Source: Basidiobolus meristosporus CBS 931.73 (Eukaryota; Fungi; Basidiobolomycota). From it: a stretch of 64,000 nt of DNA. The stretch is from positions 17,850 to 81,849 of the forward strand of contig MCFE01000396.1 of the NCBI GenBank assembly GCA_002104905.1, given 5' to 3'. Made by a program: the position numbers and the translations under genes. Positions 56,008 to 64,000 of this stretch are shown piece by piece. The notes under the pieces were generated by a model that was not told the DNA's origin, made no database searches, and saw only the letters and a list, made by a program, of their open reading frames with translations. The stretch's first letter is position 1. Each line of letters starts with the position of its first letter.

Positions 56008-56537
56008 AGTTATAAGCCCCAAGCTGTCACTCTCTGCAATGTTTACTACTGCTATCACTGGAATTTCTCCCTCTGCTGAAAAGTTGGATGGATCTAACTA
56101 CCAAGTGTGGAAGGTGAAGATGAAGATGCTGCTACAAGAAAGAGGCCTTTGGAATATTGTCATGGGAGAAGAATTCCCTCCTAAGAACATGGGAGAGGAA
56201 GCCTTAAAGCACCAGAAGAAAGAACAAAGTGCCTTTAACTGCATTTGCCTTAATGTCAAGGACAAATTGCTAATTCAATGCTCAAGAGCAAAAACAGCAA
56301 AGAATGCCTAGAAAGCATTAGAAGACACCTACCAGTCATGTTCAGCTGCTAAAAAAGTGTATCTTAGACAAAAATTCCTTACCACAAAGATGCTGCCAGG
56401 AGAAGAAATGAAAAATCTGTTAACAGAATAACCCTGCTGGTGGATGAGATGGAATCTGTAGGCATACCAACTACTGATGCAGATGTGATAGTTACCATCC
56501 TGAATGGCCTGACAGACAAGAGTCAGGGCCTTGTATC

Positions 56538-56885
56538 TGTTGTAAAATTTGTAATTCCACCTAAATATTCACCTAACTTAGTCACTTAGATCATTACCCT
56601 TAAATCCTATAGAATACTGACCAAATTCCTTGTTGGGATTTACTTAGAATATTTTCACCAAAATACCAGGTACCCAGAACATGAAAATTCTCAAAGTTGT
56701 CCAAACAGCCCCAAACTTTGCACACATGTTCTTGGGACCTTCCTTAACCTATTCTATGTGTTTGTAATGCCAGGACCATGTAAAAGTAAAAATACTACTT
56801 GTACATTCAATAAATCATTAAGTGAAAACCACATAATCTACTTGGCCTCCCAATCACTTCCAATATCTCCAAGACTCTTACAACA
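56538..56885 (+). repeat. 5' LTR of the inner copia
   Basis: TGTTGTAA..TTACAACA; 11 substitutions versus the 3' LTR by manual count. Confidence 0.95.
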
Positions 56886-56897
56886 GGCTATGAGCCC
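56886..56897 (+). promoter_or_regulatory. Primer-binding site of the half-tRNA-iMet type
   Basis: GGCTATGAGCCC directly after the LTR; 11/12 match to the complement of the initiator tRNA-Met anticodon arm GGGCUCAUAACC. Confidence 0.75.
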
Positions 56898-56916
56898 CAA
56901 GCTGTCACTCTCTGCA

Positions 56917-59900
56917 ATGTCTACTACTGCTATTACTGGAATTTTTCCCTCTGCTGAAAAGCTGGATGGCTCTAACTACCAAGTGTGGAAGGTGAAGATG
57001 AAGATGCTGCTACAAGAAAGAGGCCTTTGGGATATTGTCATGGGAGAAGAATGCCCTCCTAAAAATGTGGGAGAGGAAGCCTTAAAATACCAGAAGAAAG
57101 AACAAAGTGCCTTTAACTGCATTTGCCTTAATGTCAAGGACAAATTGCTAATTCAATGCTTAAGAGCAAAAACAGCAAAGAATGCCTGGAAAGCATTGGA
57201 AGACACCTACCAGTCATGTTCAGCTGCCAAGAAAATGTATCTGAGACGAAAACTCTTTACTACAAAGATGCTGCCAGGAGAAGAAATGAAAAATCTAATT
57301 AACAGAATTACCCTGCTGGTAGATGAGATGGAATCTGTGGGCGTACCAACTACTGATGAGGATGTGATAGTTACCATCCTGAATAGCCTGACAGACAAGT
57401 TTCAGGGCCTTGTATCAGCCCCAGAGTCCAGAACTGAAGATTTGACCTTAAATTACGTATATGGAAGGCTCCTGGATGAAGAATTAGGAGAATCAAGTGC
57501 CAATAAGAAGGAAGAAGAAAATGCTTTAATAAGCAATGATAACCAACAAAGGAGGTACCCAAGACCCTACAAAGGCAACAGCAACCTATTTTGCAACTAC
57601 TGCAAAAGGAAAGGACACAAATCAGTCCGGTGTCTCAAAAAGAGAGATTGTCAGCAAAAGAAACCTGAATATGGAAATGCTGCAACAAATGAGGATAGAC
57701 TATTCATATCTGCACTAAATATGACCACAAACAAGGATTCTCAGACGTGGTATATTGACTCTGGAGCTTCTCAACACTTTACACACCAAAAAAAACTTTT
57801 TACCCAATATCAAGAAATTCTAATTAAGAAGGTTTTCATGGGTGGCATTAGAACACTTGATGCAGTGGGAGAAGGAACTATCCAAGTAAACCTTAGAAGC
57901 AGTGAAGGAAGCCATACACTGACCTTTAAAGAAGTACTTTATGTACCAGAAATAGCCAAGAACCTACTCTCTGTAAGCAAGGCCACAGCAGAAGGACTCA
58001 GTTTCAGTTTTGACAATTCTGGATGCAGGATCACTGATCAAAATGGTGCCCATATTGCTTTGGGCATCAGAGATCAGATTCTATACAAGTTGACTTATAT
58101 TCCATTATATCTGGAAGCCAATATAATTAACTTACATGAAGAAACACCAATGCTTTGGCACAGGAGATTTGGGCACATCAATTTTGATTATTTGCGTGCA
58201 ATGATCAAATATCAGCTAATTTCTGGAGTGAAAATTGATCCCCCAGCTAATTTGGAGCACTGTGAAGCTTGTATATATGGGATACAAGCCAGACAACTGT
58301 TCAAGAGCTCTGGGTTAATCAAAACTAAGAAAAAATTAGATCTTATTCACTCGGATCGGTGTGGACATATGCAAAATTTATCCTTAGGTGGGATGAAGTA
58401 TTTAATCACTTTTATTGATGATTATACAAGATACACATGGGTCTACTTCATGGAGAGAAAGGAAGAACCTCTGTCTAAGCTCAGGGAGTTTAAAGCCATG
58501 GTGGAGAGAGAAACTGGTGAAAAAATCAAGAAAATACGCTCTGACAATGGTGGAGAATATACCTCAAAACTCTTCATTCACTTTTGCAAAATTCATGGGA
58601 CAAAGCAAGAGACTACTGTACCATACTCCCCACAGCAAAATGGAGTAGCAGAATGAGCTAACAGATCAATAATTGATATGGCAAGATCCATGATCCATGA
58701 TCAAAAATTATCCTATGATTTTTGGGCGGAATCAGTTGCCACTGCTGTATATCTTAAAAATAGAAGTTATAACAGAATGCTTTGTAATTCTCTTCCATTT
58801 GAAGCATGGTATGGATACAGACCAAGTGCAGAACATCTAAGAATATTTGGGTGTACAGCATATTCCAAAAAACTAGCCAAAAATCAGTCAAAATTTGAGC
58901 CAAAAAGTGTAAAATGCATATTTTTGGGCTACAGCAATGAGAGTAAAGCATACAGACTCTACAATACCAAAGCAAAGAAGCTGATCAAGTCCAGGGATGT
59001 GTTGTTTGATGAAAATTCAAAATTTTTGCAAAAAATGACATCAGATGATGACAAAAATCTGATCTCAAGTCCACCAATTGTCAGGATTAAATCAGAGCAA
59101 AACTATAAAATTTTTTCACTCCAGAGGACTCTACAACCGTGGTTCAGCCAGAATTAGTGCCCAAGAATATCCCAGAAGTGATCATTCCAGTATCAAATGC
59201 CCAGAGATCAAATTGGACAAGACATAGCCCAAATTACTATATCAATGAGGGTACAAACTTAGCCTATGCCTATTCAGTCCATATTGATGAGCCCCAGACT
59301 GTAAAAGAGGCCCTAAATAGCCCTCAGACAAAGTTTTGGAGATCTGCAATGACTGAGGAATATCAGGCACTGATGGAAAATCAAACTTGGGACTTAGTCA
59401 AATTACCAATCAACCAAAAATCAATTGGATGCAGATAGGTTTTCAAGACAAAATACAAGGCTGATGATACAATCAAAAGATACAAAGCAAGACTTGTAGC
59501 CAAAGGATACTCTCAAACAAAAGGACTTGACTATACTGAGACCTTTGCAGCGGTAGCCAAGTTTAATTCCATCAGATTAATATTGGCTATTGCAGCCAAA
59601 TATAAGTTTTTTATTCATCAAATGGATGTAAAAACTGCATTTTTGAATGGAGAACTTGATGAGGACATGTATATGGACCTGCCTGATGGGTTTGATGACC
59701 AAGATAACCCCCATTTGGTCTGCAAGCTTAAAAAGTCACTATATGGTCTCAAACAATCACCAAGAGCCTGGAATTGCAAGATAGATTCTTATTTGGAATC
59801 TTTGAGTTTAAAAAGGAGTAATGCTGACTATAGTATATACTATAGGCCAGATAGAGCAAGTCCAGTTCTATTAGCTCTATATGTGGATTATCTTATTATA

Positions 59901-60860
59901 GCTGCCAATAACCAAGAAACATTGGAAGAGACTAAATCCAGCCTATCTAAGGAGTTCAAGATGTCTGATTTAGGAGAACTTAGTTACTACTTAGGGATTA
60001 AGTTCTCCATAGACAGAAGTACCCAGACTATTACCCTAAGCCAATCCAAGTATATTCAAGATATACTAAAGAAGTACAAAATGGAAGACTGTTGACCAGC
60101 AGCTACCCCAATGGAGACAAACCTTAACTTGGTCAAAACTCAACCATATTTAGAGAGCTTGGTGCCATCTGAAAGCCCTGACTTTCCTTATCAATCTATG
60201 ATCGGCAGTCAGATGTATATCATGCTTGGAACACGTCCAGATATCTCATATTCAGTGGGAGTTGTCAGCCAACATAATCAGAACTATGGTTCTGATCATA
60301 TTGCAGCAGTTAAGCGGATTTTTAGATACCTAAAAGGAACTGCTGATATTTGCTTAAGATACACTTATAAGGACTCAGAACAAGATCTTGTGGGATACTC
60401 TGATGCAGATTGGGGATGAAATTTAGAAGACAGAAGATCCCCTACAGGATACACCTTTCTTTACTGTAAAGGAGCAATTTCATGGAATTCAAGAAAGCAA
60501 CCAGCCGTAGCACTTTCCAGCACAGAGACAGAGTATATGGCAGCCTGTGAAGCTACAAAAGAAGCAATGTGGTTAAGAAAACTTCTTACAGATTTAGGCC
60601 TATGTCAAAAAACACCTATTACATTATTTCAAGATAATTAAGGATGTATACAATTAGGTAGAAATCCAACTTTTCATGCTAGAACCAAGCACATAGATAT
60701 TAGACATCATTTCATACGTGAAGCTATAGAGAATAACTTAGTTAGCTTAGTTTACTATCCTACAGATGAAAGGATTACAGACATATTTACCAAACCATTA
60801 GCTAGAGACAAGTTTGAATATCTTAGGTCAAAATTAGGACTAATCAGTATGAACATTTAG
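56917..60860 (+). pseudogene. Disrupted single-frame gag-pol of the inner copia
   Basis: LDGSNYQVW, CNYCKRKGHKSVRC, WYIDSGASQH, WHRRFGH..CEAC, HSD..RSDNGGEY..NGVAE, QMDVKTAFLNG, YVDY (catalytic D lost), YSDADW. Stops at 58654, 59436, 60093, 60417 and 60638; -1 frameshift near 59110. Confidence 0.92.
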
Positions 60861-60862
60861 CT

Positions 60863-60871
60863 GAGTGGGAG
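60863..60871 (+). promoter_or_regulatory. Polypurine tract of the inner copia
   Basis: GAGTGGGAG immediately before the 3' LTR TG. Confidence 0.8.
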
Positions 60872-61219
60872 TGTTGTAAAATTTGCAATTCCACCTAAAT
60901 ATTCACCTAACTTAGTCACTTAGATCATTACCCTTAAATCCTAGAGAATACTGACCAAATTCCTTGTTGGGATTTACTTAGAATATTTTCACCAAAATAC
61001 CAGGTACCCAGAACATGAAAATTCTCAAAGTTGTCCAAACAGCCCCAAACTTTGCACACATGTTCTTGGGACCTTCCTTAGCCTATTCTAAGTGTTTGTA
61101 ATGCCAAGACCAGGTAAAAGTATAAATACTACTTGTACATTCAATAAATCATTAAGTGAAAACCACATAATCCACTTGTCCTCCCAATCACTTCCAGTAT
61201 CTCCAAGACTCTTACAGCA
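60872..61219 (+). repeat. 3' LTR of the inner copia
   Basis: 348 bp; contains TATAAA and AATAAA; ends ..TTACAGCA. Confidence 0.95.
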
Positions 61220-63716
61220 GTATCAGCCCTAGTGTCCAGAACTGAATATTTGACATCAAATTATGTGTATGGAAGGCTCCTGGATGAAGAATTAAGAAAA
61301 TCAAACACCAACAGGAAGGAAGAAGAAAATGCTTTAATAAGCAATGATAACTACCAAAGAAGGTACCCAAGACCTTTCAGAGGCAATAGCAACCTGTTTT
61401 GTAATTACTGTAAAAGGAAAGGACACACATTAAACCAGTGCTTCAAAAAGAGAGATAGTCAGCAGAAAAAGCCTGAACATGGAAATGCTGCAACAGCTGA
61501 AGATAGACTTTTCATATCTGCACTAAATATGACCAGAAATAAGGATTCTCAGATGTGTTATATTGACTCTGGAGCATCTCAACACTTTACACACCAAAAA
61601 GAGCTTTTTACTCAATATCAAGAAATTCCAATTAAGAAGGTTTTCATGGGTGGCATTAGAACACTTGATGCAGTGGGAGAAGGAACTATCCAAGTAAACC
61701 TTAGAAGCAGTGAAGGAAGCCATACACTTACCTCTAAAGAAGTACTCTATGTACCAGAAATAGCCAAGAACCTACTATCTTAAGCAAGGCCACAGCAGAA
61801 GGACTCAGTTTCAGCTTTGACAATTCTGGATGCAAGATCACTGATCAAAATGGTGCCCATATTGCTATTGGTATCAGAGATTCAGAATCTATACAAGTTG
61901 GCTAATATTCCATCATATCTGGAAGCCAATATAAGTAACTCAAATGAAGAAACACCAATGCTTTGGCACAGGATATTTGGGCACATCAATTTTGATTATT
62001 TGCGCAAAATGATCAAAGATCTAGCTAATCTCTGGAGTAAAAATGATCCCGCAGCTAATTTGGAGCACTGTGAAGCTTGCATATATGGGATACAAGCCAG
62101 ATAACTGTTCAAGAGCTCTGGGTTGATCAAAACTAAGAAAAAGTTAGATCTAGTTCACTCAGATCTGTGTGGACCTATGCAAATTTATCCTTAGGTGGGA
62201 TGAAGTATTTAATCACTTTTATTGCTGATTATACAAGATACACATGGGTCTACTTCATGAAGAGAAAGGAAGAAGCTCTGTCTAAGTTCAGGGAGCTTAA
62301 AGCCATGGTGGAGAGAGAAACTAGTGAAAAAATCAAGAAATTATGCTCTGACAATGGTGGAGAATATACCTCAAAACATCTTCATTCACTTCTGCAAAAT
62401 TCATGGGGTAAAGCAAGAGACTACTGTACCATACTCCCCACAGCAAAATGGAGTAGCAGAATGTGCTAACAGATCAATAATTGATATGGTAAGATCTATG
62501 GTCCATGATCAAAAATTATCTTATGACTTTTAGGCGGAATCAGTTGCCACTGCTGTATATCTTAAAAATAGGAGTTATAGCAGAATACTTTGTGATTCTA
62601 TTCCATTTGAAGCATGGTATAGATACAGATCAAGTGCAGATCATCTAAGAATATTTCGGTGTACAGCATATGCCAAGAAACTGCCAGGAAATCAGTCAAA
62701 ACTTGAGCCAAAAAGTGTAAAATGCATACTTTTGGGTTACTGCAATGAGAGTAAAGCATACAGACTCTACAATACCAAAGCAAAGAAGCTAATCAAGTCC
62801 AAGGGATGTGTTATTTGATGAAAATTCAAAATTTTTGCAAAAAATGACATCAGATGATGACAAAAATCTGATCCCAAGTCCATCAATTATCAGAATTGAA
62901 TCAGAGCAAAACAATGAAAACTTTTTCACTCCAGAGGACTCTACAACCATGGTTCAGCCAGAATCAGTGCCCAGGAATATCCCAGAAGTGATCATTCCAG
63001 TATCAAATGCCCGGAGATCCAATCGGACAAGAAATAGCCCAAATTACTATATCAATGAGGGTACAAACTTAGCCTATGCCTATTCAGTCCATAGTGATGA
63101 GCCCCAGACTGCTAAAAGAGGCCCTAAATAGCCCTCAGACAAAGTTTTGGAGATCTGCAATGACTGAGGAATATCAGGCACCAATGGAAAATCAAACTTG
63201 AGACTTGGTCAAATTACCAATCAACTGAAAATCAATTGGATGCAGATGGATTTTCAAGACAAAATGTAAGGCTGATGGTACAATTGAAAGATACAAAGCA
63301 AGACTTGTAGCCAAAGGATACTATCAAACAAAAGGCTTGACTATACTGAGACCTTTGCACCGGTAGCCAAGTTTAATTCCATCAGATTAATATTGGCTAT
63401 TGCAGCCAAATATAAGTTTTTTATTCATCAAATGGATGTAAAAGCTGCATTTTTGAATGGAGAACTTGATGAGGACATGTACATGGACCAGCATTGATGG
63501 GTTTGATGACCAAGATAACCCCCATTTGATCTGCAAGCTTAAAAAGTCACTATATGGTCTCAAACAATCACGTAGAGTCTAGAATTGCAAGATAGATTCT
63601 TATTTGGAATCTTTGAGTTTCAAAAGGAGTAATGCTGACTATAGTATATACTATATGCCAGATAGAGCAAATCCAGTTATATTAGCTCTATATGTGGATG
63701 ATCTTATTATAGCCAC

Positions 63717-64000
63717 TGTAGTGGGGTGACAGTGACACCCACGTGACAGATGTGCTCATTCCCTTATTTTCTACTTCCCTTTATCTCTACTACACTTATT
63801 TTAGTTTTATCCCATTTGTCTTACCTGATCAGTACTATCCCATAAGCCGGTTGACTATCATACCTGCTTACCTTATTGCATAAGTTACCCCTCACTTTAT
63901 GTAAGATTACTAGCTATAAGTGCTTCTATATTAGGCAAGTACCCACGCCAGTACCATGACACATGGTCACCCCGTATCACCATCCCTACCATTTCCATAC
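63717..64000. mobile_element. Terminus of a third, unrelated element (probably an LTR) running off the window
   Basis: Homology to copia RT stops abruptly after ..YVDDLIIA and unrelated sequence TGTAGTGGGGTGAC.. begins. Confidence 0.55.

Larger units (their letters stand above)
56538..61219 (+). mobile_element. Inner full-length Ty1/copia retrotransposon (4,682 bp), non-functional
   Basis: Two 348-bp LTRs, GTATC duplicated at 56533-56537 and 61220-61224, PBS, PPT, domain order gag-PR-IN-RT-RH. Confidence 0.95.
55675..63716 (+). mobile_element. Outer (older) Ty1/copia LTR retrotransposon, degenerate, split by the inner copy and truncated at 63716 by another insertion
   Basis: 5' LTR 55675-56007, PBS agttataagccc, gag to 56537. 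Resumes after the duplicated GTATC at 61220 with Zn knuckle, protease DSGAS, integrase and RT up to YVDD near 63691-63702. Many stops and frameshifts. Confidence 0.9.

Noticed and set aside
59100-59160. Frame change between integrase and RT regions as a programmed frameshift
   Set aside because: The outer copy is in frame here; the inner copy has a simple 1-nt deletion in an A/T run.
55675-63716. Neurospora-style RIP as the explanation for the stop codons
   Set aside because: Several changes are in CpA context, but CpG loss dominates, long ORF stretches survive and RIP is not established in this lineage; left as a test under the CpG finding.

Overview
Gene-dense, intron-rich eukaryotic DNA (introns mostly 50-70 nt, GT-AG). 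It is most consistent with an early-diverging fungus (Zoopagomycota/Mucoromycota-like; this assignment is inference). Positions 1-54.2 kb carry about 24 genes, mostly housekeeping: MTHFR, RPP2, Mrp49-like, RPS15, Rax2, ArfGAP, Pst2/WrbA, COX6, mitochondrial IleRS, RAD23, DUF4112, SCYL1/Cex1, a 57-aa Tom6-like ORF missed by the ORF track, URB1, an alpha-arrestin and WDR48. Several genes are unusual. There are clear orthologues of Gemin5 (SMN complex) and NELF-C/D (Pol II pausing), both absent from model yeasts, and a candidate U12-type intron in SCYL1. Also present are a probably domesticated hAT transposase with degenerate catalytic motifs, a stand-alone XMAP215/ch-TOG C-terminal-domain protein, an intronless group I truncated haemoglobin, and an inverted 5'-truncated WrbA copy that gained a new ATG. 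Positions 55.7-64 kb are a CpG-depleted nest of decayed elements: a full-length Ty1/copia copy (348-bp LTRs, GTATC target-site duplication, half-tRNA-iMet-type PBS) inserted into the gag of an older copy of the same family, which is itself interrupted at 63717 by a third element. Gene boundaries were built by manual splicing, and family calls rest on remembered motifs, not database searches.
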